64,000 nucleotides of DNA from Candidatus Hydrogenedentota bacterium. GTDB taxonomy: Bacteria; Hydrogenedentota; Hydrogenedentia; Hydrogenedentales; JAGMZX01. The translations under genes were made by a program, and so were the position numbers. The stretch spans positions 830 to 64,829 of the forward strand of contig JAGMZX010000010.1 in the NCBI GenBank assembly GCA_018005585.1. The letters are read 5' to 3'. Each line of letters begins with the position of its first letter. Position 1 is the first letter of the stretch. The notes below the pieces were generated by a model. It was given only the letters and a program-made list of their open reading frames with translations, did not search any database and was not told the DNA's origin. Shown here in pieces: positions 26,361 through 36,238 of the stretch.

Positions 26361-27923
26361 GTGAAAAGAGCGGGTCGGGGACGTTGGCTGGTTTGGGGTA
26401 TTGGCCTGTTCGCGGCGAGTATCGCCGCCGTCCCCCATGCCCAGGAAACGGAAGCCGCGGCGCCGGGCGATACGGCCGTCGCGGCCGAAGACGCGGCAGG
26501 CGGCGCTGCCGCCGAAGAACCCGCCCCGGCGGGGCGCGACTGGGTCAGCGGCAGTTTCCGCACCGAATTGGATACGGCATGGACGGATGAAGACACGGAC
26601 GTGGACCTGAACCAGACGCTGCGCTTGAACCTGGACCCCGCCAACCATCCGCGGCTGCATATGCGCGGGCTCGTGGGCCTGCACGAAGACCTGGACTCGA
26701 GCGAGGCGCAGTCGAGCGTGCTGCGCGACATCAACGACGGGTCGGGCGAGTCCGTGCGGGCGCGCCTCTACTTGCTGTATCTCGACGTGGACGATGTCTG
26801 GGGCGACTCCACGCTGCGCATCGGCCGCCAGCGCATCGAGGGCGGCGCGGCGTACAACCGCATCGACGGCGTTTCATTCTCTCAGCGGGCCGGGCGTTGG
26901 GATTGGTATGTGTTCGGCGGCGCGCGCGCGTCCGTGTACGACTCCACTTCCGGCGACCTGGCGGCCGGGGGCGGCGTCGCGTTCCGGCCCGACGGCCGCA
27001 CGCGGCTCAGCCTGGACACGTATTGGGGCGAAAAGCACCGCGAAAATGATGATGAGGTGTATCTGAGCCCGCTCGCCGCACTGCTGGGTCTGGAGTATCC
27101 CCGGCGCATCAAGTCAGATATCGGCGATAACCTGGTCGCGCTCAGCCTGTGGCGCCAGCTGACGCCGAACACGAGCCTCTTCGGCCGCCTGCGGCTGCAC
27201 GACGGCGAATTGGACGAAATCAGCGCGCAACTCGCCGGGTATTGGCCGGGGGCGGACCTGAGCTACGAGGTCTCGTACCGCGGGCGCTTCGCCACGGCAT
27301 CGGACCGCGTGGACGACCTGACCTCGTTCTACGAAGTGTTGGGAAGCTATGAGGAATTTCACAATTTCCTCGCGGCGCTGCACAAGCCGATTACGGAACG
27401 CATTGAACTCTCGCTGGAAGCCGAGTTTCACAACGCGGACGACGACTGGCAGACGGCCAACCGCGATTTCAACCGGTACGCGGCGATCTTGACGGTCGCC
27501 CCGCTCTTCAAGGCGACGGACATTACCGTGGCGCTAGAAAAATGGGATATCAGCGGCGGGGACGGCACGTGGACGTTCACCGGCGAACTCACTCATCATT
27601 GGGGGGACACGCTGGCCTTGACGTTTGGGGCGGATTATGAGCGGTACGAGGACCGCATTACGCAGTACTACGCGCCGCTGGGCATTGTGGATAAGCTGCT
27701 TGTGGCGTTCGTACCAGGATACTACGCGGGCTACAATCCGCTGGTTTTCCTGTTTGACCAATACGCCGTGACCACCTACGAAAACGTTTACTCCCTCTAC
27801 ACGCGGCTGAAATGGGCCGTACGCAAGAATCAGGACGTCTCCCTCGAGGTTACCTACGAAGAGGACGACGGGCCCGATTCGCCATACTGGCGCGTGCAGG
27901 CGGGCTACACGATTCGGTTCTGA
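26361..27923 (+). CDS. outer-membrane beta-barrel (porin-like) protein
   Basis: A GTG start at 26361 has a GGAGG RBS. The signal peptide reads VKRAGRGRWLVWGIGLFAASIAAVPHAQE. It has an acidic N-terminal linker, alternating-hydrophobic beta-strand patterns and a C-terminal ...YTIRF (terminal Phe). It is flanked by cytochrome genes. Confidence 0.6.
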   Translation: MKRAGRGRWLVWGIGLFAASIAAVPHAQETEAAAPGDTAVAAEDAAGGAAAEEPAPAGRDWVSGSFRTELDTAWTDEDTDVDLNQTLRLNLDPANHPRLHMRGLVGLHEDLDSSEAQSSVLRDINDGSGESVRARLYLLYLDVDDVWGDSTLRIGRQRIEGGAAYNRIDGVSFSQRAGRWDWYVFGGARASVYDSTSGDLAAGGGVAFRPDGRTRLSLDTYWGEKHRENDDEVYLSPLAALLGLEYPRRIKSDIGDNLVALSLWRQLTPNTSLFGRLRLHDGELDEISAQLAGYWPGADLSYEVSYRGRFATASDRVDDLTSFYEVLGSYEEFHNFLAALHKPITERIELSLEAEFHNADDDWQTANRDFNRYAAILTVAPLFKATDITVALEKWDISGGDGTWTFTGELTHHWGDTLALTFGADYERYEDRITQYYAPLGIVDKLLVAFVPGYYAGYNPLVFLFDQYAVTTYENVYSLYTRLKWAVRKNQDVSLEVTYEEDDGPDSPYWRVQAGYTIRF

Positions 27924-27942
27924 ATCTTCAGGAGAAGGACGC

Positions 27943-28965
27943 ATGCTGCGACGCAACGCGGGACGCTATGGAGTGCTCGGGGCTCTGCTGCTTTGCCTCG
28001 CCGTCGCCTGCTCCACACTGACGCAGCAAAGCGGGGCGCGACGGGACCGCGGACTCCGCTTTCCGCATGAAAAGCACACGGAAGACATGGCGTGCACGGA
28101 TTGCCACGACATGACCGACCCCGAGGCCGTCATTCCAGACCATGACCTGTGCTCGACCTGCCACGACATCGACACGGACAACCCCGCGCCGGAGCAGTGC
28201 GGCCTTTGTCATACGCGCGAGGATTATTCGCTCGATGCGCGGGCGCGCGCGCTGACGGATGAGGTCAAGTTCAGCCACGACCCGCACGCGGCCGCGGAAC
28301 TGGAATGCGTGGCGTGCCACGAAAAGCCCGATGAGCGGCTTCTGCCGGACAAACCGATGAAGCCTTTCTGCATGGACTGCCACGCGCAGAAGAACCCGCG
28401 ATTGAACGCGTGCGAAGTCTGCCATGCAACCTGGAACAAGGACGTCGTGCCGCAGTACCGGTCGGGAAGCCGGATCCAGCACGACGCGCCGCAAATCTGG
28501 GCGCATTTGCACGGCAAGGAGGCGCGCATCGACCCTGCGTACTGCAAGCTCTGCCACGATACGGAGACGTCGTGCGAAGAGTGCCACCGCACCACGCCGC
28601 CGCGAGACCACACGGTCTCCTGGCGCCGCCAGGGGCATGGCTTCCACGCGACCATCGACCGCGGCAAATGCGTCGTGTGCCACGAAGAAGACTCCTGCAT
28701 CGAATGCCATGAGAACACGCAGCCCTCGTCGCATCGCGGTTCCTGGGGGCATCCGATGAACGGCCACTGCATATCGTGCCACTATCCGCCGGAGCGGACC
28801 AATTGCACGGTGTGTCATGAATCGGTGGAACACGACGGCGCCATGCCTTCGCCGCACGATTTCGGCCTGTATCCCGGAGCGTGCGGATTATGCCATCCGG
28901 GCGGCGTGCCCTATCGCGCGCCACACCTGCTGAACTCGACCGTGAGCTGCAAGACCTGCCATTGA
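27943..28965 (+). CDS. 14-heme c-type cytochrome lipoprotein
   Basis: There are 14 CxxCH motifs in 340 aa. The signal peptide has a relaxed lipobox (LCLAVAC). AGGAG sits before the ATG. The start is 20 nt after the beta-barrel gene stop. Confidence 0.85.
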   Translation: MLRRNAGRYGVLGALLLCLAVACSTLTQQSGARRDRGLRFPHEKHTEDMACTDCHDMTDPEAVIPDHDLCSTCHDIDTDNPAPEQCGLCHTREDYSLDARARALTDEVKFSHDPHAAAELECVACHEKPDERLLPDKPMKPFCMDCHAQKNPRLNACEVCHATWNKDVVPQYRSGSRIQHDAPQIWAHLHGKEARIDPAYCKLCHDTETSCEECHRTTPPRDHTVSWRRQGHGFHATIDRGKCVVCHEEDSCIECHENTQPSSHRGSWGHPMNGHCISCHYPPERTNCTVCHESVEHDGAMPSPHDFGLYPGACGLCHPGGVPYRAPHLLNSTVSCKTCH

Positions 28966-29029
28966 CGCGTGGCCGCGCCAGGCGCGACAGAATCTCGCAC
29001 AGGGGCGCGGGGTATCCGTGCGACACCGT

Positions 29030-29971
29030 TCAAGGACGCAGGAGGCGCAGCAGGTCGCGCAGGAAATAGCCCAAGGTCGTGGCGCCCAACCCGTAGAAGA
29101 TCAGGAAGAGAAGCCAGAGTATGGAGAAGCCGCGGCGCCGCAGGAAAGCGCGCAGGCGCAGGTAGACCATCCGGAAGAAGTTGGGGCTCACATTCACGAC
29201 AATAACGGTAATATTGTCCTTGCCGCCGTTTTCGTTCGCAAGAGCCACGAGGCGTTGCGCCACTTCAGCCGCGGTGCGGTGAGACCGGAATTCCGCGACT
29301 ATATCGGTGTCTTTCACCATGTTGACCAGCCCGTCGCTGCACAGCAGCAATACGTCCCCCGGTACAATGTGCCAGCGGTAGGTGTCCACGGTGATATCGG
29401 GATGGGTGCCCACGCATCGCGTTACGATGTTCTTCCGGCGGTCCAGCTCGGCTTCCGCCTTGGACATGAGCCCCTGCTTGACCTGCTCGTCCACCCAGGA
29501 ATGGTCTTCCGTTCGGGCAATGAGCTCGCCGTCGCGGATGTGATAGCAGCGGGAATCACCGACGTTTGCGATGTAGACCTTGCGGGGCTGGACCAGCGCA
29601 GCCAGCACCGTGGTGCCCATGGGCCGTCCTTGCGAAACAAGGTCCAGGTTTGTCTGATAGATGCTTTCGTTGGCCTTCTCGATGGACGCGCGCATCACGG
29701 GCAGGGGCCCTTCGTCCCGTTCGTCGACATCATCGGTTTCTTTAGGCAAACGAGGCGGCTTCTCTTTGAGCATATCCTTGATCAGAGACACGGCGAGTTT
29801 GCTGGCAATGTCGCCGGCCGTGTGCCCCCCAAGGCCGTCGGCAATGCACAGCAAAGCCCCCTCTCGAAACAGGCGGATTCCAGGCATGCCCTCGCGAAAG
29901 ACGCCATGAGCGTCCTCGTTCCTGGTCTTGCGACGGCCCTTATCGGTTTGGGCAGCAATATCGAGTCGCAT
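29030..29971 (-). CDS. PP2C-family Ser/Thr protein phosphatase with C-terminal TM anchor
   Basis: PP2C motifs are present (DKGRRKTRNEDA, LCIADGLGGHTAGDIAS, GDSRCY, LLCSDGL, GGKDNITVIVV). The C-terminus has a hydrophobic tail. The start is set at MRLDIAAQTDKG. The track ORF extends to 30184. Confidence 0.85.
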   Translation of the reverse strand: MRLDIAAQTDKGRRKTRNEDAHGVFREGMPGIRLFREGALLCIADGLGGHTAGDIASKLAVSLIKDMLKEKPPRLPKETDDVDERDEGPLPVMRASIEKANESIYQTNLDLVSQGRPMGTTVLAALVQPRKVYIANVGDSRCYHIRDGELIARTEDHSWVDEQVKQGLMSKAEAELDRRKNIVTRCVGTHPDITVDTYRWHIVPGDVLLLCSDGLVNMVKDTDIVAEFRSHRTAAEVAQRLVALANENGGKDNITVIVVNVSPNFFRMVYLRLRAFLRRRGFSILWLLFLIFYGLGATTLGYFLRDLLRLLRP

Positions 29972-30146
29972 ACTTCTTGCCTTGTTCCCCGGTAACGGTA
30001 TCAGAAGCATTGCACGATGGGCAAGCATCGAACGCGGGTGAGCCGGGAACAGCGACGCCCTCACGCCTGAATGCACGGAAGCGGGCGAATGTATTACTCT
30101 GACAGAGGACAAGACCAACGCTTCTTGCGACACGGGAGGAACGGAA

Positions 30147-30512
30147 ATGGCCGGACTGTGGTTGGCCGGAATGGAAGCGCGCATGAGCGAGGCGAGCGCG
30201 GCGCGCGGCGCATCTCAACGGGCGGCCGAAATGGCCAATGAGGCCCGAACCGCGATTCGGGAACTGCAGGATGAAGTGGACAGGCTGGCGCTGCTGAATC
30301 AGGCGCTGTGGGAGCTGATTCGCGCGCGGCTCGGCGTAACCGACGCGGACCTTGAGCGGATGGCCTACGATATCGACATGCGCGACGGGAGACCGGACGG
30401 CAAGATCACGGCGCATGCCGTGCGGTGCCCCGCCTGCGGACGGGTCTCGAATTCAAAGCGCGCAAAATGCCTGTATTGCGGCCAACTGTTCGAGAAACCG
30501 GTTTTCGGCTGA
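30147..30512 (+). CDS. coiled-coil protein with C-terminal zinc ribbon
   Basis: 121 aa. The N-terminus is helical and charged. The C-terminus carries CPACG...CLYCG. It lies divergent from the PP2C gene and upstream of the hybrid kinase. Confidence 0.5.
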   Translation: MAGLWLAGMEARMSEASAARGASQRAAEMANEARTAIRELQDEVDRLALLNQALWELIRARLGVTDADLERMAYDIDMRDGRPDGKITAHAVRCPACGRVSNSKRAKCLYCGQLFEKPVFG

Positions 30513-30679
30513 TGTGCCGCGCACGGGCCCGCAGACGCTGACCGCGGGACGTGTTTTGCTGCCCGCCGCTACAATACCCCTGGAATACCCAAGTTTGGCG
30601 AGGGAAAAAGGGGGATACGCCGCATACCCTTTTGTGTTAGACTGAGAGGTGAAGGGGTCTGGCCAAAAGGGGGCCCAAG

Positions 30680-33436
30680 GTGACTATGAGTTCGCGTGCC
30701 AAGACACGGGACCGCCGGGAACACGGTAGCCTTGATATCGTGCGCGAAGAAGCTATGGCTTTTGCGAAGATCGGGCTGTACCGGTACCGGTTCGACGGCA
30801 CGGTGGTCTTCATGGACCAGGGGGCGTTGCGCATTTTTGAACTGGAAGACCGTTTCCCCAGCCCTGCGGACGCGGCGGGTCAATCTCTCGGCGAACTCTT
30901 CGTCTACACGACACCCGTCGAGGCGATGCGGCGCGAAATACAGCAGAAAGGAGCGCTGCACGACCGGGAGTGGTCGTTCCAGACGCTCAAGGGAACGCTG
31001 AAGTGGGTGATGGAAGACGCCTATCTCGTCCGGGAGGAAGAATCCGGAGAGCAGGTCATCCAGGTGGTCTGCCGGGACATCACGGAGGAGAAATCCGCGC
31101 GCTGGGCGCTGCTGGAAAGCGAGCGTAGGTGCTGCGAACTCGTGGACACGTTTCCCTTCTCGCTGGCGATTTTTCAGGACGGCAAGATCGTGTACGCCAA
31201 TCCGGCGACGGCCCGCATGCTCGGCAACGAGAGTCCGGCCGAAATCATCGGGCGGGACATTCACGCCGGCGTGGCGGAATCCGAGAAGGAACGTTTGCGC
31301 ACGTACGCCCGGAGACGACTGGACGGCGCCCCGGACGTGCCCACGCATTACGAGAGCGTGTTGCGCCGCGAAAACGGCACGGAATTCCCGGCCGAGATAT
31401 ACATGGAGCGCATCCTTTTCGAGGGCCGGCCGGCGCTGCAGGCGCTCGTTATCGACATTACCAAGCGGCAGAAGGCGCAACAGGACCTGCGCGCCAGCGA
31501 GGAGCGGTACCGGGACATTCTCGAGAGCATCCAGGAGGGATACTACGAGGTGGACCTGAAGGGCAACCTCACCTTTTTCAACCCCGCGTTGTGCGCGGTC
31601 TTGGGCTATACCGCGGAAGAACTGCGCGGCCTGAATTACCGTCACTATTATCCCGATGCGGCGGCGGCCCGCCGCGCTTACGTCACCTTTCAGCAAGTCT
31701 ACGAGACGGGCCAAGCCGCACAGCTTGTAGACTGGCGGGTCAGGCGCAAAGACGGGACGGAAGCCTCCCTCGAGGTCTCTATCTCGCCCATGCATGACGC
31801 TGAGGGGAAACCGGCCGGTTTCCACGGGATTGCGCGCGACGTCACGAGGCGCAAGCTGGCCGAGCAAAAGAGGGAGGAAGCAGAGGCGCGGTACCGCGAG
31901 ATCTTCGAGAACGCGAACGATATGCTGTATACGCACGACCTCTCGGGCAAAGTGACGTCTGTCAACAGGGTCGCGCTGGAATTGACCGGGTATACCAGCG
32001 AGGAAGTGCTGGGCCGAAACGTCATGGAACTGCTCGCACCGGAGTGCCGCGCCAAAGCCGCGCAGATGATCGCCCGGAAGCTTCAGAGGGAGGAGTCCGC
32101 GAGCCGGTATGAGAGCGTCCTCCTGCAGAAGCAAGGCGCCCGCGTACCCGTCGAGGTCAGCACGCGTCTCATCTACGAGAACGGAACGCCGGTGGGCATC
32201 CAAGGCAGCGCGCGGGACATTACAGAGCGCAAGCGGGCCGAGGAAGAGCGCCGGCATCTGGAAGCGCAGGTGATACACACCCAGAAGCTGGAAAGCCTGG
32301 GCGTGCTCGCGGGCGGCATCGCGCACGATTTCAACAACCTGCTCGTCGGCATTCTGGGCAATGCGGGCCTTGCGCTCACCCGTCTTGAGCAGGGGACGCC
32401 CGCGCACGCCTACGTGCACAAGATCGAGCTGGCCGCGCAACGAGCCGCCCAATTGACCAACCAGATGCTGGCGTACGCCGGCAAGGGCACCTTCGTGATT
32501 CGGCCCGTGCACCTCCCCATGCTCGCCCGGGAAATGAGCCCGCTTCTCACGGCGTCTATCGCAAAAACCGCCTCGCTCCGTTATGACTTTGAAGCAGACC
32601 TTCCCCTCATCCGGGGGGACATCGCGCAACTGCACCAGGTCATCATGAATCTGGTCACGAATGCGTCGGACGCCATCGGCGACCAGCCTGGAACAATTAC
32701 GATCCGCGCGTATACTGCCGAGTTGGACGAGGAAAGTCTCGCCGAAACCTACCTGCACGACCGGCTCGAACCGGGCCAGTTTGTCTGTCTGGAAGTCCAG
32801 GACTCCGGCTGCGGCATGAACCAGGAGACGCTGTCTCGTATTTTCGACCCGTTTTTCAGCACGAAGTTCGCGGGGCGCGGGCTGGGTCTTGCTTCCGTGC
32901 TGGGCATTGTCCGGGCGCACAAGGGCGCCATTGGTCTCGAGAGTTCGCCGGGCAAGGGCGCCACATTCAGAGTGTACTTCCCGGCCGTTGCGCATATCGC
33001 CGCGGCCGAAGCCGCCGCGGAATCAGTCACGGCCGACGATGTGGGCGACTGGCGCGCGTCCGGCCTGATACTCATCGTGGATGACGAGAAACCGGTGCGT
33101 GAGGTGGCGCGGGCGATCCTCGAGCATCGCGGTTTTCGCACGCTGCTCGCCACCGATGGCCGTGAAGCCATCCGCCTCTTCGAAGAACACTGTGGCGAAA
33201 TCACTCTCGTGCTGCTGGACCTGACCATGCCCGAACTGGATGGCATCGAGGTACTGAGACAACTACACGGGATGCGCAGCAACGTCCCCGTCATCTTGTC
33301 CAGCGGCTACACCAGACAGGACGCCATCGGGCAGAATGGTGACGAAGGCGCCGCGGCATTCATCCAGAAGCCCTATCTTCCTCACGAACTCGTGAGAACC
33401 GTGCGCGACGTGCTCGCCGCGAAGGTTGGGACGTAA
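30680..33436 (+). CDS. multi-PAS hybrid sensor histidine kinase with C-terminal receiver
   Basis: It has repeated PAS-like segments, an H-box (HTQKLESLGVLAGGIAHDFNNLL), an HATPase_c domain (N/G1/G2 boxes, ..DSGCGM..GLGLASV..) and a receiver domain (LILIVDDEKPVRE...VLLDLTMPELDG). Confidence 0.9.
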   Translation: MTMSSRAKTRDRREHGSLDIVREEAMAFAKIGLYRYRFDGTVVFMDQGALRIFELEDRFPSPADAAGQSLGELFVYTTPVEAMRREIQQKGALHDREWSFQTLKGTLKWVMEDAYLVREEESGEQVIQVVCRDITEEKSARWALLESERRCCELVDTFPFSLAIFQDGKIVYANPATARMLGNESPAEIIGRDIHAGVAESEKERLRTYARRRLDGAPDVPTHYESVLRRENGTEFPAEIYMERILFEGRPALQALVIDITKRQKAQQDLRASEERYRDILESIQEGYYEVDLKGNLTFFNPALCAVLGYTAEELRGLNYRHYYPDAAAARRAYVTFQQVYETGQAAQLVDWRVRRKDGTEASLEVSISPMHDAEGKPAGFHGIARDVTRRKLAEQKREEAEARYREIFENANDMLYTHDLSGKVTSVNRVALELTGYTSEEVLGRNVMELLAPECRAKAAQMIARKLQREESASRYESVLLQKQGARVPVEVSTRLIYENGTPVGIQGSARDITERKRAEEERRHLEAQVIHTQKLESLGVLAGGIAHDFNNLLVGILGNAGLALTRLEQGTPAHAYVHKIELAAQRAAQLTNQMLAYAGKGTFVIRPVHLPMLAREMSPLLTASIAKTASLRYDFEADLPLIRGDIAQLHQVIMNLVTNASDAIGDQPGTITIRAYTAELDEESLAETYLHDRLEPGQFVCLEVQDSGCGMNQETLSRIFDPFFSTKFAGRGLGLASVLGIVRAHKGAIGLESSPGKGATFRVYFPAVAHIAAAEAAAESVTADDVGDWRASGLILIVDDEKPVREVARAILEHRGFRTLLATDGREAIRLFEEHCGEITLVLLDLTMPELDGIEVLRQLHGMRSNVPVILSSGYTRQDAIGQNGDEGAAAFIQKPYLPHELVRTVRDVLAAKVGT

Positions 33437-33503
33437 CGCGTCCCCGCTGGCAACGGGCCGCGGAACAGCGCCCTTTCCCTGACGCCGCCACCAGTCCTCA
33501 CGC

Positions 33504-33617
33504 TCAGTCGAATTCCCAATAGGGCAGGTTGTACAGGAACCAGAGCGTGAGTTCCAGGATATCGGCGATAAAGTAGTAGACAGCGTCCAGCACGGCATAC
33601 AGAGAGTTCACATTCAT
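33504..33617 (-). CDS. candidate 37-aa hydrophobic micro-ORF downstream of cstA
   Basis: It reads MNVNSLYAVLDAVYYFIADILELTLWFLYNLPYWEFD. It is not in the ORF track because it is under 60 aa. It is on the same strand as cstA and 160 nt downstream of it. No RBS was verified. Confidence 0.25.
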   Translation of the reverse strand: MNVNSLYAVLDAVYYFIADILELTLWFLYNLPYWEFD

Positions 33618-33776
33618 GGCGGTACGCTCCTGCGAAGAGCCTTGGTTGCGCAGGGCCGCGGGCTTCCCTGCTCTTCAACATGGACGCGCGGCGCAGGCGG
33701 TTTATTCATCGGCCCGCCGGCAGACGTTTTCGCCCCCTTCAAGCCGCCCGGCCGCAATACGAAAACGCGGGCATTC

Positions 33777-35531
33777 TTATTCTGCTTGCGCGGATGCGGA
33801 GGATCGCCGCAGATAGCGCATCTTCTTGTATACAAGCACGACCACGCCGGCCGACAGGGCCAGGAGCAGGACGGTAGTGGCGAGCAGCAAGTAGCTGTGC
33901 TCGGTCCAGTACTTGTTGAACAACAGCAACAGCGAAGCGGTGGTGGTCACCATCATGAATAGGGCGGGGGCAAGAGCGAAGATGTATTGAGACCCCCGGA
34001 GAATCAGCCACATCGTGACGGTGATCAAACCCAGCGCCGCCAACAACTGGTTGGCCGCCCCGAAAATGGGCCAGAGCGCATCGAATGCGTTGGTGATCGC
34101 AAACAGCCACATCAGGACCACGGCCAGACCGGAATTGAACCAGTAGTTCTTCATCAGGGCGGGCGTCCGGGGCAGCAGCGTGGACCAAAGCTCCTCGAAG
34201 AGGTACCGGTTCAGGCGCACGGCGGCATCCAGCGTGGTGATAACGAAGCCCTCGACCAGCAGGATGCCGAAAACCGTGCCCAAATCCACCGGGATGCCCA
34301 GATGATTATCGACCAGATGTCCGACTGAAAGACTGAACGCGAGGATGGGATTGGATTTCACGCCCAGCTCTTTGACCGGGAACACGATGCTCTTATAGTC
34401 GACAAAATTCATGCCGACGCCGATCGCCAAGAGCACGCACACGGCCAGCAGCGATTCGAGGAGCATGGCGTTGAAGCCGATACGCCGCGCATCGCGCTCG
34501 GTATCCAGTTGCTTGCCCGTCGTGCCGCCCGCGACGAGCGAGTGAAATCCCGAGATGGCGCCGCAGGCGATGGTGATGAACATCATCGGATACATCAGGC
34601 CGAGGTTGGCCGTACCCTCGGCCATATTCATGGCCGGCATCGAAAACGGCGCGTTGCGGAACCCCGCGACGAGCAGTCCCGCGGCCAACAGCCCGATCCC
34701 GGCATACAACACCTGGACATTGATGAAGTCGCGCGGCTGGAGAATGACCCACACCGGAACGCCCGCTGCGAAGAAGACGTAGACGGTAATGAGGATCAAC
34801 CAGGCATTGCGGGACAGCACAAACGGGAAATAGATGCCAACCAAGATCGACCCGATACAGATGACCGAGGCAAGCAGATAGGCGGGAACGCTGCGGAGAT
34901 TCCGCTTATAGAGGAGCCAGCCGAGCAGCGGCGAGAGGCAGGTGATGATGACCACGGAAGAAGAGGCGATGCCGCCGATACGGCCCACAACCACGCCGTC
35001 CCGCACCACCGTCCTGAGCAGCGTCTGCCCTTCAGACAAGCCCATTTTGGCCAAGGGCCACATCGAGGTCAACGATGCCGCCACGGCGTTCAGGAAAGAG
35101 GACGTGACCAGCACCAGCATCAGGATAGTGAACATGATGAACAGCAGAAATCCGCTCTTGCCGAGGGTCTTCTTGGCGATCTCGGCCATGGAACGTCCGC
35201 CTTCGCGCATACTTATGAATAATGCGGTGAAATCATGGACCGCTCCAATGAATACCGCGCCGAGCACTACCCAAAGCCACGCGGGCAGGAATCCGTAGAG
35301 AATGGCCATGGTCGGGCCGATGATCGGTCCCGCACCGGCAATGGCGGAGAAATGATGCGCAAAGAGCACATGCGTCTTGGTCGGCACGAAATCTCGTCCG
35401 TCTTCGCAAGTGTGCGCGGGCGTCGGACGGCCCGGGTCCTCGCCCAGCGTGCGCGCGAGATAGGCGCCGTACCAACGGATAGCCAGCAGATAGGCGGCAA
35501 TCGCGAACCCAAGAAAACCCAAGACTATCAT
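33777..35531 (-). CDS. cstA: carbon starvation protein A (peptide/pyruvate transporter)
   Basis: The conserved CstA N-terminus is present (..HHFSAIAGAGPIIGPTMAILYGFLPAWLWVVLGAVFIGAVHDF..). It is a 584 aa polytopic membrane protein. A GGAGGA RBS is present. Confidence 0.9.
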   Translation of the reverse strand: MIVLGFLGFAIAAYLLAIRWYGAYLARTLGEDPGRPTPAHTCEDGRDFVPTKTHVLFAHHFSAIAGAGPIIGPTMAILYGFLPAWLWVVLGAVFIGAVHDFTALFISMREGGRSMAEIAKKTLGKSGFLLFIMFTILMLVLVTSSFLNAVAASLTSMWPLAKMGLSEGQTLLRTVVRDGVVVGRIGGIASSSVVIITCLSPLLGWLLYKRNLRSVPAYLLASVICIGSILVGIYFPFVLSRNAWLILITVYVFFAAGVPVWVILQPRDFINVQVLYAGIGLLAAGLLVAGFRNAPFSMPAMNMAEGTANLGLMYPMMFITIACGAISGFHSLVAGGTTGKQLDTERDARRIGFNAMLLESLLAVCVLLAIGVGMNFVDYKSIVFPVKELGVKSNPILAFSLSVGHLVDNHLGIPVDLGTVFGILLVEGFVITTLDAAVRLNRYLFEELWSTLLPRTPALMKNYWFNSGLAVVLMWLFAITNAFDALWPIFGAANQLLAALGLITVTMWLILRGSQYIFALAPALFMMVTTTASLLLLFNKYWTEHSYLLLATTVLLLALSAGVVVLVYKKMRYLRRSSASAQAE

Positions 35532-35625
35532 GACGCTGATTCCTCCGTATCCGGCAAGCGCCCATCATAAACGGGCGCGCCGGGCCGGGACAATCGCCCT
35601 GCCTGCTCTAAAAACCCGTGAGACT

Positions 35626-36111
35626 TCAGCGCATTCTGCCTTGGTCTACAGCAAGCAGCTCCGGCGTAAGCGCCCAGAGCAGCCGCCACCGCGCGTCGGC
35701 TTCGTTTCGTTCCAGGCACACGACACCGGCATTCTGGAACGCCACGACTTCGCGGTCCGCGTCGCCCGTGAGCAGCAGCGAAGCCGCGCGCGATAGAAAC
35801 GGAAGATGCCCCACGACCATCAAATCCGCGTCCCGGCGGCGCAATGCCTCGGCCAACGGGTCAATACTGTCCTTGGGATTCAGGCCGTCGCGCTCCCGCG
35901 GGTTCGGCGCCCGCAGCGCGCCGGCCAGCGCCATGGCGGTCTGGCGCGCCCGTGTCTTGCCGCTATGCCATAGTTCATTCACGGAGAGATGCCTTCGCGC
36001 GAAAAAGGCGACCATCTCCCCCACTTCGCGCGCGCCTTCCGGCGACAACGGCCGGTCGGGGTCGGCTTCCTTGCTGAGCGCGGTGCCATGCTGCACGAGG
36101 TAAAGCCTCAT
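35626..36111 (-). CDS. sixA: phosphohistidine phosphatase SixA-like (histidine phosphatase superfamily)
   Basis: The RHG-type motif LYLVQHGTA is at the N-terminus of a protein of about 160 aa. The track ORF extends upstream to 36378 without support. Confidence 0.7.
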   Translation of the reverse strand: MRLYLVQHGTALSKEADPDRPLSPEGAREVGEMVAFFARRHLSVNELWHSGKTRARQTAMALAGALRAPNPRERDGLNPKDSIDPLAEALRRRDADLMVVGHLPFLSRAASLLLTGDADREVVAFQNAGVVCLERNEADARWRLLWALTPELLAVDQGRMR

Positions 36112-36238
36112 ACTGCCATGTCCTCCTGCGCCCCGTCTCCGGGCTTCCCTGAACCAGTATACACCGCTTTTCATCCGTGTGCCGCCCCGTGCAGAATAGG
36201 CGGTCCTGGGAACAACGGCTGAAAGAAGGGACCACGCC

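Noticed and set aside
28966-29029. Possible terminator hairpins after the 14-heme cytochrome gene and after pepA (47051-47160)
   Set aside because: The stems are imperfect and lack a following U-tract.
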